Below are positions 36,232 through 49,338 of a stretch of DNA of 64,000 nucleotides, in pieces. The stretch spans positions 186,001 to 250,000 of the forward strand of contig ML978129.1 of assembly GCA_010015805.1 (NCBI GenBank), written 5' to 3'. The notes beneath the pieces are model-generated. The model was given only the letters and a program-made list of their open reading frames with translations. It was not told the origin of the DNA and did no database searches. Both the position numbers and the translations under genes were made by a program. Within the stretch, counting starts at the first letter, position 1. Each line of letters starts with the position of its first letter. Source of the DNA: Rhizodiscina lignyota. Lineage: Eukaryota.

Positions 36232-37166
36232 ATGTCGTACAGGTTCGATGACAAGGTGGTTCTAATCACAGGAGCAGCAAGTGGCATAGGGTACTTTCCT
36301 CTCTTCATCGCTATATCAGTCCATAGTTCATACTCAATCTCATCCCAGTCGAGCCACAGCGCAAAAACTCGCTTCCCTTGGGGCGACTCTCGCAATTTCA
36401 GACATCAATCAGCCTAATCTAGTCGAGACAAACAAGCTATGCGGCGGCAAGCACGCCATCTCTCTCGTCGACGTTGGAAGTCCTACTGGAGTTAACCAGT
36501 GGGTTGAGGATACGATAGAGCAGTATGGAGCAATACACCATGTATTTAACTGCGCGGGTGTGAGCTGTCCTGATACATTTACTAATATGCCCTAACTTTA
36601 CTAATTTGTTCCTTATGTGCTAGGTGAATCCTACTAGTATACCGCTCGTAGAGACGACAGATGAATACTACGACAAGCTCATGAATACGAATTTGAAAGG
36701 AATGTTCAACGTTACTCGTGCATGTATTCCACATCTCAAGGACGGAGCATCCTTCGTAAACGTCTCCTCGATTAGTGGATTGGCGCCGAGCGCTGGAAAC
36801 TCGATTTACTGCGCTACAAAGTATGGAGTGATTGGCTTTTCTAAGAGCATGGCATTAGAGCTGGGACCGAAAGGTATCCGCGTAAACATAGTGGCTCCTG
36901 GATACGTCAATAGTAAGCTGTTCTGTAGTGTGAGTTTGATATATCGGTTCTTCTAATTTGCTCGTTTTATAGCACCGACAAATGCAAGTGTAGTCAGAGG
37001 GAATGAGGCAATGGAGAGGTCGGCGAAGACTGTCTCTCTAGGCAGGATGGCAGATCCGTCAGAGATCGCGGATGTAGTGGCCTTCTTATTCAGCAACGAG
37101 GCGCGTTACATGAATGGCAGTGTCGTTGAGATTGAGGGTGGGCTTCCTCGGCCAGGCAGTTACTGA
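36232..37166 (+). CDS. Short-chain dehydrogenase/reductase, 3 introns
   Basis: ITGAASGIG, FNCAG, VNVSS, YCATK, IRVNIVAPG. Confidence 0.92.
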
Positions 37167-37456
37167 ACGCTCACGTCACTTGGCACATTCAGTAGCTAGG
37201 TTTAAAGAGACATAGTACAGATCTATTGAATTGCTCTGGCCGTTTGCCAACTAACCGTGCTGAGGTGCATAGCTGGGAGCTTTGAAACCGCCTTATGCCG
37301 AAGAGCAGAACAACCGCAACCCATTGGCTGTTGACGAGCAGAGATCGCTTTTAGAAAAATATTGTGTACATGTGAACACGCTCTATCCCCCCGACCAACT
37401 TTTCACCCCATCAACCTACACCGCGATCCGAGCCGTCCGACTGCTCTTGAGTAGAT

Positions 37457-37990
37457 TTACACGAACTTGGCCATGAACGCAATCATAATGGCGAACAGAC
37501 CAGTAGCCTCAGCCAAAGCGAAACCCAGAATGGCGTTGCTGAAGAGCTGACCCCTCAAGCTTGGGTTGCGGGCAACACCGAGGATCAGGGCGCCGAACAC
37601 TATACCGATACCGGCACCAGCACCAGCGAGACCAATGGCAGCGTTACCCATACCAATGTTCTGACCGGCCTCCGCAATAGCCTGAGCGAGCTCCGACGAG
37701 TAGGGGCGGACGGATTGGCGGGAGACTGGAGCGACCTGCTTGGCGATCGATTGACGCTTGACAGCCTGGAAGGCATTCTGGCGAGGAAGACCTTGCTTGA
37801 CCGCTGGAAAAGATATCAGTGAGCTGAATTGAGTCTAGTAGAGGCCATTGAGAAGCAAGGCGGACATACCTGAGAAGTTGCGGGCGGCATTGAGGTTGAA
37901 GTTTTGACGGAGGACCGGGCGGGCGACCTTGGCCGAGGTCGAGCCCATCAGGAGGCCAACTTTCGTGGCGCCGAAGCGTGCAGATGCCAT
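37457..37990 (-). CDS. ATP9: Nuclear-encoded mitochondrial ATP synthase subunit 9 (c) precursor; intron 37804-37869
   Basis: Long presequence ending [42 protein letters not shown]. Confidence 0.97.
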
Positions 37991-38571
37991 TGCGAGTGAT
38001 TAAAGGAGGGGAGAAGTGAGTCCGTGAATGGATTGGACGACGAAAGACGATGGCTCTGGTGGGCAATGGGTGTTGATGGAAGGAAGGAAGATGTTGTGAA
38101 GGTGCGAGAAAAGGAAACGGAGCTTCTCCTCTGCACGGGCCACCGAGCTTGGCAGCGAGCTCTTAATTTTCGCTCAATGCTCCGGATCCGTGCCAATTGT
38201 CCTTAGAAGGGCCTTGAATTCTTATTATTTAGCTTCGGAGAGCTTCCGGAAGTTCCAAGGTCCATACGGGCACCGATTCATTCGAATCTGCAATATTCTA
38301 ACGGTTCCCGTCCAAACCCGTTGGCCGCTGGCAGCTAGAGCTTTGACAGGATAACGGCAGTGTGAAGCATAGCAGGGGAAAATGTTCGGATACTATCAAA
38401 ATGCATTTAAATTTGCAAGCTTGCACCTGATTCTGTTGATATGGCTGAGATTACAGTATATACAGCCAGGCTATGGCTCAGAGTCTATAATTTACACTCC
38501 ATCATGACAGTATTTGTACAGATCAAGCTTCTTACTGCTTTGATAGTTCAACGGTGTGCCCTCCATTCCTG

Positions 38572-39272
38572 CTACCAGAATCTCCACCATTGCTTTCTTC
38601 TCCGCTCTTGTTCAAGTCGAGCCTCTTCTTCTGCCTTCTCCCTCTCTTCTCGTTCTTTCCTCCTCCTCTGCTTCGCTTCTTCCTTGACCTTCTCCTTTTC
38701 TAACTGTTTGGTGCTCATGATTTCGACTGCCCGCTTTACTCCCTGCTTTTCGCGTTGGCGCTGCCATTGGCAATGTTCATATTTTAAGAAGGTGGTAGCG
38801 CCGGAAGCTCCTAAGGCGTACTGACAGGATCGAAGGATGGGTCCTAGGTCACCTAGTAAGCTTCCAGTTGACTCGGATAGTTTGTATAAGACACACTTGA
38901 CAAAATAACTCCAAAGCCGAGCGCAACAGCACCAGCTGGAATTCCAAAGAGTAAAGCATCTCGTACGCATGGAAGCCTTATGAAATGCTCATATTCTTGC
39001 GGCCGTATTGATTTCAACACGCTCCACCAGCTGTAATCTTCAAACTTTTCGCCTCCCGCAGTATTTGCAGTTCCTCCTGGTATGAGATTGACATTTTCTG
39101 GGGGTGTATTTCGTGATTGCGTGGATGTAGGTTTTGATGGATCCGGAGGTTTCGCTGGAGCATAGAAGTAATTTTCCCATCGTGACGACTGGTTTTGCTT
39201 AGACTGTGCATCTTGAGCTTCACCAAGGGACGAGGAAGATTGCGAAAGCCCTTGCCGTGTATCGTCGGCCAT
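38572..39272 (-). CDS. COX20: Cytochrome c oxidase assembly chaperone Cox20, 1 intron
   Basis: LPCVRDALLFGI, RSCQYALG, YEHCQWQRQREKQGVKRAVEIM, charged tail ending WWRFW. Confidence 0.85.
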
Positions 39273-39566
39273 AATTGATGTGAAAAAAGCTCCACGATTG
39301 AATGTCCAGAGCTTCACATAAATTCGCGCTATATCGCCGGAGTTATCCCGACGGGGACCCGCTGAGGATTCGCAAAGGTTACTGTTTCGGGACATGACGA
39401 AGCTCGGTCATGTCGCCTCCATCACTTGACTTCGACGTCTCTGATTGCTACTTTTAAGATATTCCTAGGCAGGTTTGGATTGGCGATAAGCCACGGCTTG
39501 CCTCTCGCCATGACCCTTCCTCCTTCCTAGAATCACCTCCTCGAACCTCCAACGACCGTTGAAACA

Positions 39567-41871
39567 ATGTCCTCTTACCGGCTTCAGATTGATGGGACGC
39601 GATTTCGAGACTGCCATGGACGAGAAGTCACGATCCATGGTATAAACGTCGCTGGCGACGCGAAACTTCCGGCCAACCCGGACCAACCTTCGCACATAAT
39701 AGACGGCTTCTTCGACGGAGACAATGTCTCTTTCGTCGGCCGACCCTTCCCGCTCGAAGAGGCAGATATACACTTCGCGAGATTAAAGAGCTGGGGTTAC
39801 AATACACTCAGATATGTGTTCACCTGGGAAGCCATCGAAGCGGCAGGTCCGGGGAAGTATGACGAGGACTGGATACAGTTCACTATCTCAATCCTGAGAA
39901 AGGCGAAAGAGTATGGCTTCTACATCTTCATGGATCCCCACCAAGATGTGTGGTCAAGATTCTCTGGTGGTTCTGGAGCGCCAATGTGGACCTTGTATGC
40001 TTGCGGTTTTGATCCGCGCAAATTCTACGTCACTGAAGCCGCTCTGGTGCATAATACATGGCCGAATCCTGCGGAGTTCCCCAAGATGGTGTGGACCACC
40101 AATTACTATCGTCTCCTCTGCCAAACGATATTCACCATGTTCTTTGGCGGCAAAGTCTTCACGCCAAAATGCATCATCGACGGTGTAAATATCCAAGACT
40201 ACCTCCAAGACCATTTCCTCAACGCCGTCGAACATCTTGCCCGTCGCATCAAAGAAGCTGGCGACCTTGACAGCGATGTCATCATCGGGTGGGAGAGCAT
40301 GAATGAGCCGAATCGAGGTGCGATTGGCTTACAAGACATGACAGCAATCCCGAAAGAGCAGAAGCTGCAGCTTGGAACATCACCGAAATTTTGGCAGTCC
40401 ATTTTACTAGGTTCTGGAAGGGCTTGTGAAGTCGAGATATGGGCATTCGGAAACATGGGCCCGTACAAGTCTGGTTCTACCCTGGTTGATCCGCAAAGCG
40501 AATCGTGCTGGCTGAGTGCTGATTACGACGATTCATTCTACGGCTGGAAGCGGGATCCTGGCTGGAAGCTTGGGGAGTGTATTTGGGCGCAGCATGGCAT
40601 ATGGGACCCATCCACTGATACCCTGCTAAGGAAGGACTATTTTGCGAAGGACCCTCGAACGGGAAAAATAATGGACTACAAGTATTTCACCGACACATTC
40701 TTCATGGACTATTACCGGAAGCATTCAAAAATGATCCGCGACCTATTCCCATTGACCATCATGTTTTGCCAAGCTCCGGTCCTTGAGATCCCTCCATCTT
40801 TGAAAGGCACCGACGACGAAGACCCGAATATGGTTTTTGCGCCCCACTTCTATGATGGAGTAACTCTGATGATGAAGAAGTGGAATCGCTTATGGAACAT
40901 TGACGTGTTTGGAGTACTGAGAGGGAAATATTCTAGTCCCATTTTTGCCATCAAAATCGGCGAGAGAGCGATCCGGAATTGCTTCAAAGACCAGCTTCAG
41001 GCAATCCATGACGAAGGAAAAGAATATATGGGCGATCTTCCTTGCGTCTTTACCGAAATTGGAATTCCGTATGACATGGACGATAAGTATGCGTACAAGA
41101 CCGGCGATTACTCAAGCCAGACTGCTGCTATGGACGCCAACATGTATGCCATTGAAGGTTCCAAGGTCAATGGCATGGCCACTTGGGTCTATGTTGCCTG
41201 CGTAAGTTGATCCTACCATCCTTCAATGCGGCACTAACCTAAGTCAGAATGATCATGTTTGGGGAGATAACTGGAATGGCGAAGATCTCTCCATTGTCTC
41301 AAAAGATGACAACTTACTTCCTTCCTTATTCTCGAATGGATCAGTCGCGTCATTAGATCCTACGTCTCCATCGTACTCCCGCAGCTTGAACTCATCAACA
41401 ACCAGTGTAAATCCGTTGACCTTGAAGAATACATTGGCTTCTGAGACCATGTCTCTTAACAGAGGAGATACCGGCAAAGTCGGATATCGCGCTGCTGAGG
41501 CCTACGTCCGACCAGCTCCAATGGCAACGCACGGCAATGTACTATCGTACGGATTCGATCTACGCAACTGCACGTTTACCCTGTCCTTAAACGCCCCAAG
41601 CTCCACGAGCGAAGCTGTGCCAACCGAGATCTACCTCCCAGAATTTCATTTTCCACAGAGCAACACAGATGTGGAGGTCACTGGTGGCAAGTGGAAGATC
41701 AGCACAGAGGAAGCTGGCGAGGCAACTTTGCAAGTTCTTCAATGGTGGCATGCTGAAGGAGAGCAAACCATTACTGTCAAAGGCGTCAAGCGCAAGGCCG
41801 GTGCACTTACCCCCGAAGAAGAGGAGGGGTATCTGCAGCAGTGCCAGCCGCAGCGCTGTGCCGTCATGTAA
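39567..41871 (+). CDS. EGH1: GH5 ergosteryl-beta-glucosidase / EGCrP2-like; intron 41202-41247
   Basis: SFVGRPF, MDPHQDVWSRFSGGSGAP, SMNEP (acid/base), TEIGIP (nucleophile), WGDNWNGEDLSI. Confidence 0.9.
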
Positions 41872-42391
41872 ATACTGCGTTCACTTTTTCTTGGTATCTT
41901 AGGAGATATATCTGGAGCCTCAAGGAACTGCATGGAGTGGGCGTTTGGGGAGTGGGTTGAAGAAAATCCAAAACATTTTTTACGTGACCATTTGGGGGTT
42001 CTTACTAATTCGTCCAATAATCTCGTGATATCGCGCTTGAAATTAAGCGCGTCAAGGGGTACCTACAGTGCCTGGACGTGGTAGATGCCTAGTCTCTGAA
42101 TCAACTTTGCAGAGTGAAGCTCGTATTCCCTCTCAACACAGATGGATAGCGTGTTTTCCCTCTCCGTTCCGGCGTGGCACTGTGCAATCCTAAATACTCA
42201 GAGCCTTGGGCGCGTTTGGCGTCATAGAGCACCCTCCGCCCAATTTGAACATAGCACCGAACACGCCGACGCTACATTCACGCGAACAATTATCAACAGC
42301 TCTTGACAAATAGCAAACCCGTGAGGGCAATCTCCTTTGGATGAAGTAAATTTCCTTACAAAGTAGCCCGCGCGGGTATCTCTCATCGCGG

Positions 42392-45300
42392 ATGGCGTCA
42401 CCTTCAAATTTCTCTACCAACGGCATCTCACACGAGCAAGGCCAGTCGACATCCTCAGTTGACTTGTCACAGCTCGTCGGCGCTCTTGATGCAATCTACG
42501 ATCCAAGATCCTCAAATGAAGTTCGTCAAGCGGCATCCTCCTTCCTCGAAGACGCGAAGCGTCACCCTCAGGCACTATCGTACGGCCATGCAATTGCAAG
42601 AGACCGATCACACTCTCCGACCTTGCGCCACTATGGTCTTTCGATGCTTGAATTCTCGATCAAGTACACTTGGGAGAGTTACACCAAGGAGCATCAAACT
42701 GCTCTTAGACAGTCAGTAATTGAACTCGGTTTCGACGTCAATGACCAAGATCCTCCATACATTCGGAACAAAGTCGCGCAGCTATGGGCGGAGCTTGCGA
42801 AGCGGTCATGGGCGATAGATTGGATGGATATGGATGAACTGTTGGTCAGACTTTGGGGAACATCCATCGTCCACCAAGGCTTGGTTCTGTATGTCCTGGA
42901 GACACTCTGCGAAGACACTTTCAATCGCGAGGACCCTACAATTGTGCAACGGGGCACAGATCTTGGCCAAGCATGTGTCGAGATCTTCACTCCTGCTTCC
43001 ATACTCCTCGAAATGTTCCCGAAACGAGACACAGATCACGACCTGCGATATGGATCTGAGGGGTGGCTTCAGCGCATAAACGACCTCCTCGGCCAGTGCC
43101 TTCAGAATGATCCTTTGAGCAACGATCAAGCTCGCTCCACGGCGATCAAGTGTCTATCAACTCTTCGGGCCACTTTCGGGTGGGTCATGTTTCGCGCGAT
43201 ATGCGAAGTTCATGCTGTCAACCATCTACAAAGCGCACTAGCGGTCCCGGAGCCCGGAATACAAACAGTCGCTCTTGATTGCATGATCAGTGTATTTGGA
43301 AAAGCTGGCATCCGCGATGAGGATTTCAAGAGCCTTGCCCCGCCCATGTTCAGCTCAGACTCTATCAACCTTCTTAAAAATGTTTTCGAATTTTCTCAAG
43401 CCAATATTGACGACCTCGACGAAGCTAAATACACAGTGAACAAGAAGCTCACCGAACTACTCTCCTACCTTGGCAGCTTCCTCGAACAGCGATTGCACCT
43501 TATATCGAATGCATTTGATTTGCAGGCGTACTTCAACTTGTTGTTTTCTGTTATGCATAATCCCAGTCTCCTTGTCACGATACCCGTCCTCCACGTGTGG
43601 ACAAAGTTTTTACGTTCCAGGCTCATCAGGGATTCACCGGCCATTGCGAATTTGATCGGAGGCTTGCTCGAGATTTGCAGTCGGCGACTGGTACGCTTCG
43701 AGAACTTTCCAGAGGACTCTGCAGATCCTACCTTTCGGTTTTTGAACGAGGACATCGACACGATTCCTGAACGCCATGCATTTCTGGGAAATTATCGGAG
43801 ATATTGCATGGAAGTGGTAGAGGTGATCGTTCGTAAACTTCCGACCGACGCGATCAACCACATCTTGCAGCAGGCGATGGAGCTCTTCCAAAACGTGGCA
43901 AATGAACAACATCAGTTCCAGCCGCAATCGTTCTCCAAGAACGCACCTTCTGTACTGCGGGTGGATGCGCAGATCACTGTTATCGATGCCGCGGTCAGAG
44001 GCTATCTCAAATGGCTGGCTTCACATGCCAATACTCCTGCACCACAGAACGAACAAGATCGAACGACTCTCCAGGACACTTTTGAGCAATGCGGCCGTGC
44101 CCTCATGGCTTTGCAATTCAAAGATCCGGAAATCAGGCGCAAGATCATGCAACTCTTAGTAACCTTCTCAACGAGGCCTCTCGACGACCGTCCGTCGTTT
44201 GCGTCCTCAGTCCTACAATGTCTTCTCGAAGCTGCCATGAATCCAGAAGACGACACAAGATTCCAAATGTACTCCGAGGCAGTAAAAATGCTGCAGACTC
44301 AAAGCATGCAAGAGCTCTCAAAGCTTGGCATGACTTTTCCTGACCACTTTCTCTCCATGTACGATGAGATCACCGCCAGTGTCGAGAAGAGGTCGTCAGA
44401 AGGAGTGCTCGACGAGAGACAGCGTGCTGGATTCGAGGCCTTCTTGTTCATCATTATTCACCGATCGACGCAGCTCGATCGTCCATCTCAAGAACTTCGG
44501 CTCAGAAGTCAGCTAAGCTCCGTCAAAGCTGTCTGGCAGGATGCGGCATTCACCCAGCAACTTTCAAACTTTGGTTCATTCTGTGAACTGTTGGGCTTTG
44601 GACAACTAGTCAATTACATTACGTCTCACCAATTCCAGAAAGTCCCGGAATGGTCTGAGCAACAACTTGACGACGAAGGCAAAGCTCTACAAGCCTTAAT
44701 CTTGGATCGCTCCCATCACCTCCCCATGCGTCTGACCAAAACGTTCCTTGCGGCTTCGACAGAGAAAGTTGAGAGTGGAACTCCACAGTGGCAAATTGCA
44801 TGTGTGCTCTGGGCAGATTTGATCCCCGTCGTCTTGCCCAATCTGCTCCAGCTAATCAGCCACGCGCAAGCGTTCAATAACCTACAGAGCTGGTCCCTTC
44901 TGCCAGACGAGATGCAGCAGGTCGTTCGTAGAATGCTTACAGACCGGTTCTGGCAAGCCGGTATATCGACGGAAAGCCGTGACGACTTCTTCGCTCGTGT
45001 CAGTAACTCCAAGACAACCTACGAAGGATTCGCGTCCACTGTGCGCGGCGCTGTGAGGCAGATTCGAGAGACGGGCTACTGGATTATTTACGGACTCATA
45101 CGTTTCGGGGACTTCTTCTATGGTATTCAAGACCTTGCCGGCCCACTCAGTGAGGCGTTGTTTGCGAACACCAATACGCTTTCCGCTCATCATTTCTCGA
45201 TTCTCCTGAATATGTCGGTGCAATTGATCGAACAATGCCCCCCTCACCTTCGAGCGCAATTCCTACCGCAGATCGTTTCCGGCCTTTTCATTCAACTAGA

Positions 45301-46252
45301 TAGGAAAATCAGTGGAGAGTGGGAGGCAGTCAGGGCAAGGAACGAGCAGGCGGCCAATGGTGACAATCTCAGCGACGAGATGAAAACTGAGAGCATATTG
45401 AGGCAGTTGACTTATACTGCGGTTTCTCTTGCTTGCTCCCTTCTGGATAGTCATCGTCCAGGTCAGGTCCCCAAAGTAAAATTAGCAAGGTTGTTTGTTA
45501 ACGATAGTGCAGAAGGCATCGAGAAGCCGCAAGAGACCAGCGGAGGAACTCCAGCACGGTCTCCAGGCGCAGCACGCATGCATACCTTCATCCTGTCCAC
45601 GCCCTCCGTCCTCGAGCCTCTTCTAATGTTCCTCAAAAATGCTCTACGCTTCCGCGACACGCGCTCCTGCAATCTAGCCATCCGAACTCTTCGAAGCACG
45701 ATCCCGTTGCTTCCTCTCCGCGATCCACAGAGTGGTCCGCTTGTACGACACTTCCTCACAGACGACCTCCTCAAGACCGCCATCACCTCCCTCCATGAAC
45801 CATACTTCATCGACTCACAGAAGGACCTTGCCAGCCTCATTGCGCATATCCTACTCATCTCACCTGAGTCAGCAGAGGAGGAAGACACTGCCCGAGCTGT
45901 GCTCTTATCGCTACCCGGCCTGGTGGACCGGCCTGACAAGGTTGACGGTATACTTGGGAAACTGAGGCAGGGTGGGGGTGCACATGGACCGCAGATGAGC
46001 GATCGTCATGTCCGAGCAATCGTTCTCGGTCTGCTGAGTGAGGTGAGGGGCCAGAGCATACACGAGATGGGCCGCATTGTACCAGATAAGGCGCCTGGTG
46101 ATCCGGAAAGTGGCCCAAAGCCGAGGAAAGAGAGAAGCAAGATGCAAGAACAGTACATGAGCGTGGATGAGAGTGCCTCTGCTGGTGGCATTGGACAAGG
46201 CGGAGAAGAGAGCTTGGCCGGTGTTGCTGATATGTTTGCCGATGGTGGATGA
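42392..46252 (+). CDS. MSN5: Karyopherin Msn5/exportin-5; probable in-frame intron 45462-45512
   Basis: Importin-beta-type N-terminus, YIRNKVAQLWAELAKRSW, DTIPERHAFLGNYRRYC, LTDRFWQAGIS. Confidence 0.92.
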   Translation: MASPSNFSTNGISHEQGQSTSSVDLSQLVGALDAIYDPRSSNEVRQAASSFLEDAKRHPQALSYGHAIARDRSHSPTLRHYGLSMLEFSIKYTWESYTKEHQTALRQSVIELGFDVNDQDPPYIRNKVAQLWAELAKRSWAIDWMDMDELLVRLWGTSIVHQGLVLYVLETLCEDTFNREDPTIVQRGTDLGQACVEIFTPASILLEMFPKRDTDHDLRYGSEGWLQRINDLLGQCLQNDPLSNDQARSTAIKCLSTLRATFGWVMFRAICEVHAVNHLQSALAVPEPGIQTVALDCMISVFGKAGIRDEDFKSLAPPMFSSDSINLLKNVFEFSQANIDDLDEAKYTVNKKLTELLSYLGSFLEQRLHLISNAFDLQAYFNLLFSVMHNPSLLVTIPVLHVWTKFLRSRLIRDSPAIANLIGGLLEICSRRLVRFENFPEDSADPTFRFLNEDIDTIPERHAFLGNYRRYCMEVVEVIVRKLPTDAINHILQQAMELFQNVANEQHQFQPQSFSKNAPSVLRVDAQITVIDAAVRGYLKWLASHANTPAPQNEQDRTTLQDTFEQCGRALMALQFKDPEIRRKIMQLLVTFSTRPLDDRPSFASSVLQCLLEAAMNPEDDTRFQMYSEAVKMLQTQSMQELSKLGMTFPDHFLSMYDEITASVEKRSSEGVLDERQRAGFEAFLFIIIHRSTQLDRPSQELRLRSQLSSVKAVWQDAAFTQQLSNFGSFCELLGFGQLVNYITSHQFQKVPEWSEQQLDDEGKALQALILDRSHHLPMRLTKTFLAASTEKVESGTPQWQIACVLWADLIPVVLPNLLQLISHAQAFNNLQSWSLLPDEMQQVVRRMLTDRFWQAGISTESRDDFFARVSNSKTTYEGFASTVRGAVRQIRETGYWIIYGLIRFGDFFYGIQDLAGPLSEALFANTNTLSAHHFSILLNMSVQLIEQCPPHLRAQFLPQIVSGLFIQLDRKISGEWEAVRARNEQAANGDNLSDEMKTESILRQLTYTAVSLACSLLDSHRPGQVPKVKLARLFVNDSAEGIEKPQETSGGTPARSPGAARMHTFILSTPSVLEPLLMFLKNALRFRDTRSCNLAIRTLRSTIPLLPLRDPQSGPLVRHFLTDDLLKTAITSLHEPYFIDSQKDLASLIAHILLISPESAEEEDTARAVLLSLPGLVDRPDKVDGILGKLRQGGGAHGPQMSDRHVRAIVLGLLSEVRGQSIHEMGRIVPDKAPGDPESGPKPRKERSKMQEQYMSVDESASAGGIGQGGEESLAGVADMFADGG

Positions 46253-46469
46253 AGTACGACAAAGCTTTAAGGATCAGATGCCCAATAATGAGTTGTGGCT
46301 TCATTGAGCTTCCAGAGGACGAACAGCCCTCCTTGGGTTGATGATCGTCTTAGCATAAGTGCATTGGGTCAACGGTAGCATCGACCCAATAACGATCATG
46401 AATTTCTTGACGACTTGTCGATAGATCGCACAATGCAAACTACAATTCAAAAACTGGGGTATCTCTATC

Positions 46470-47426
46470 CTACACAATCCTACTTGCAAACGACACTCTC
46501 CGCCGCGGTTCCTCCTTCTCTCCAGGCGGTGGTCCCCCCGCCCAAGGCACGTTCTCCTCCTTTCTCTTGAACTGACTCTTCTTCCACGCTGGCACCGCAT
46601 CCCCAGACGCACTGCCCACGCCCATCTGCCTCCACTTCTTCGGTGGTCTCGTCCCCAACTCCGCGAGCTGCGTCCAGATCCGCTCTCCCCGTCTGTCCCA
46701 ACGCAGCCTCTTGTCCTCCTGCTCTGCCTCTGTTGGCCGCCACTTGCTCTTTAATATGCGTCGAACCGCTTCGGGAGAGACTTTGAAATGCTCGGCGAGC
46801 ACAGCGGTGGAGAAGGATACGGGGTCCTGCGCGTGGAGAGCACGGATACCGTCCATCGCGTCGGGGGAGAGGCGTTTACGGGGCGACCAGCCAGTAGGAA
46901 ATTTGCTGTTTAAGGCGGCTTTTTGAACTTGCCATGTTTCTTTCTTGGTAGGTGGTTTTGGCGTTGATTTGCTGGGGTTCTTTTTGGTAGATGCCTTCTC
47001 TGAAATGGTCTTCGATCCTCTTTCTGAAATAGCTTCTGCCGAGTCTGAATCCTCACTGGATGACTTAGACTGTACGGATCTCTTCCTTCCCTTCCTTTCC
47101 TTCTTTTCCGGCCTCGTAGTTTCACTGGTAGAAGTCTCGACTCCTGCGTCTTCTGATGCCGCCTTCTTTTGTTTTGTTTTGTTCTTCTCCAACTGTCGTT
47201 TCATTCCTTTCTTCGCATCTTTCGTCAAAGGATTTAGATTGTCGCCCTCCTCGATGTCTTTGGCCGCTTGACGAAGAAGTACAGGCGTTCCATGGAAATA
47301 TCGTTGCGGAGAATGAAGATGCCCTAGTTTGATGGGTTGATGAGCGTACGGCCCCTGAAGGGCACGCTGGAAATTCTTCACATCTTTAAGTGAGAAGAAA
47401 AGCTTTCTGCAAGAAGCACAAAGCAT
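46470..47426 (-). CDS. RRG9: Neugrin-family mitochondrial protein Rrg9
   Basis: [48 protein letters not shown]; presequence-like N-terminus. Confidence 0.88.
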   Translation of the reverse strand: MLCASCRKLFFSLKDVKNFQRALQGPYAHQPIKLGHLHSPQRYFHGTPVLLRQAAKDIEEGDNLNPLTKDAKKGMKRQLEKNKTKQKKAASEDAGVETSTSETTRPEKKERKGRKRSVQSKSSSEDSDSAEAISERGSKTISEKASTKKNPSKSTPKPPTKKETWQVQKAALNSKFPTGWSPRKRLSPDAMDGIRALHAQDPVSFSTAVLAEHFKVSPEAVRRILKSKWRPTEAEQEDKRLRWDRRGERIWTQLAELGTRPPKKWRQMGVGSASGDAVPAWKKSQFKRKEENVPWAGGPPPGEKEEPRRRVSFASRIV

Positions 47427-47861
47427 CGCAGCGGCCCACCGGTTGAGCAATATGATTGATATCGTAGACGATGAGAAATTCCATGAGACCTTGTCGGTCA
47501 TTCGGCATTTCTTCGGCGGATGTTTCAAGGATTGTCGAAGACGTCACAAGATCGCGCTCGGTGGAGACAGCGTCAGTCCATTATTCATTTTCTTCACGGT
47601 TCTTTCTTTCGGTTCTACGGGGCAGAAGACGACTGAACTGTATCATGACCAAGTTTCTGTTTCGTGCTCATTTTCACCTCCAATTCGTCAACATCAAAAG
47701 GGCTGCACTGTAACAGGTACTTTCACATGCATGAATGTCCACGACATCTGCCTTCGTACACATCCCGCTCTGTTCATACTAGATCTGTATAGACACACTA
47801 AGATATCTTTTGACGTCAAATTCTATTACGCATTGCATCATGGCCTGGCCTAATCCATTCC

Positions 47862-49338
47862 GTAGACGTACGGAAAACACGAGATGGTACGACTCGTACA
47901 CATGACTCCAATGCTTCGTCAAGCTTACTGTGCTAGTTGCTGGGGGTACACATTTGAATGGACGGATGATCACATCACGCCTGAAGAAGCACGCCCTTTA
48001 AAATACTCTTACGATGTTTTAGCTGAGGAATGTCTCCAACGCCTGGACCAAATCTCTCCACCCCATCGGGCAACTCTTCCACGAAACAACAGCAAGTTTT
48101 CGACCGAAGCAAGGCCATCTGACACTATTCCAGCGAAAACAGAAAATGAGCAAGTGCCTGCGCCGAGGGACCTCTATGCTCTTCTACGAGACCACGCCGA
48201 ATCGGATGCAAAGCTCCGTGAACTGTGGCTTGAGGTCAACACGGTTCCCGAGTGGGTAGACTGGGCGCAAATCGCTAGAGGTCAGGATGTGTTCTACCGA
48301 TATGGCGGTGCTGCCCTAACTGGTCTGGCCTATCAGTCTTTGCTGGGTGGAATGGGAGCCGCAAGAGTTGTGGAGACACTAGCCCGTACGGGCGGCTTCT
48401 CGACCAAGGTCGCAAGACGACGACTATACGAGACTACTCAGCACATTCTGCAGTGCACGAAATCTCTCGAATCAATACAGCCGGGTGGTGCTGGTCACGC
48501 CTCGTCGATTCGGGTCAGATTGCTCCACGCAGCTGTACGAACGCGGATAATGAAATTAGCAGAGCAACGTCCTGAATACTATCGCGTGGAGGAATGGGGA
48601 ACTCCAATCAATGATCTGGATTCGATTGCGACCATTGCGTCTTTCTCATCGACACTAATCTGGGTTAGTCTCCCGCGTCAGGGACTCTGGATGAGACAAC
48701 AAGAAATAGCAGATTATGTTGCGCTGTGGCGATATATCGCATATGTAGTTGGTTGCCCCACTGACCGCTTTGAATCACCAGCCAAAGCGAAAGCGATCAT
48801 GGAGAGCTTGCTCTACTACGAAATCAATCCCTCTGAGACATCAAAGATTCTGGCGAATAACATCATCAAATCTTTGGAAGATCGTCCTCCGACGTGGGCT
48901 TCTGCCGATATGCTCATTGCGAGCGCTAGGTGGCTGAATGGAAACAAACTCGTCGACAGGCTCGGCCTTCCGCAACCAGGTCTCTATTACTGGTCTCTAA
49001 TGGCTGGCCAGTGTCTCTTCTATATGTTCATGTGCTACATATATCGCTCGATTCCATATCTCGATAGAAGAAAGATCGCAATGTTGCGGAGAGTCTTCTA
49101 TGCCGTCATTGTCGACAGTCAGTCCGGACTGCAAGGAACGGAAAGCGTGTTCGACTTCAAATACGTCCCAGAATATTCCATTTTGACCGAACTCGGCGAC
49201 TCTGAAGAGGCCAAGATCAAGAGCTCCGGTGTTGAGAGAAGGAATCTCAAGTGGTTGTTTTATGGTGCGACATTCATTGGATTTACAGCCTGGTGCTCTG
49301 TTAAGATCGCATCAGCGGTATGGAGGATTGTTTGGTGA
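47862..49338 (+). CDS. ER-bound oxygenase MpaB/DUF2236 family; start codon lies in unresolved short upstream exon(s)
   Basis: WGYTFEWT, VPEWVDWAQIARGQDVFYRY, RVRLLHAAVR, WGTPINDLD, C-terminal TM helix. Confidence 0.85.
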
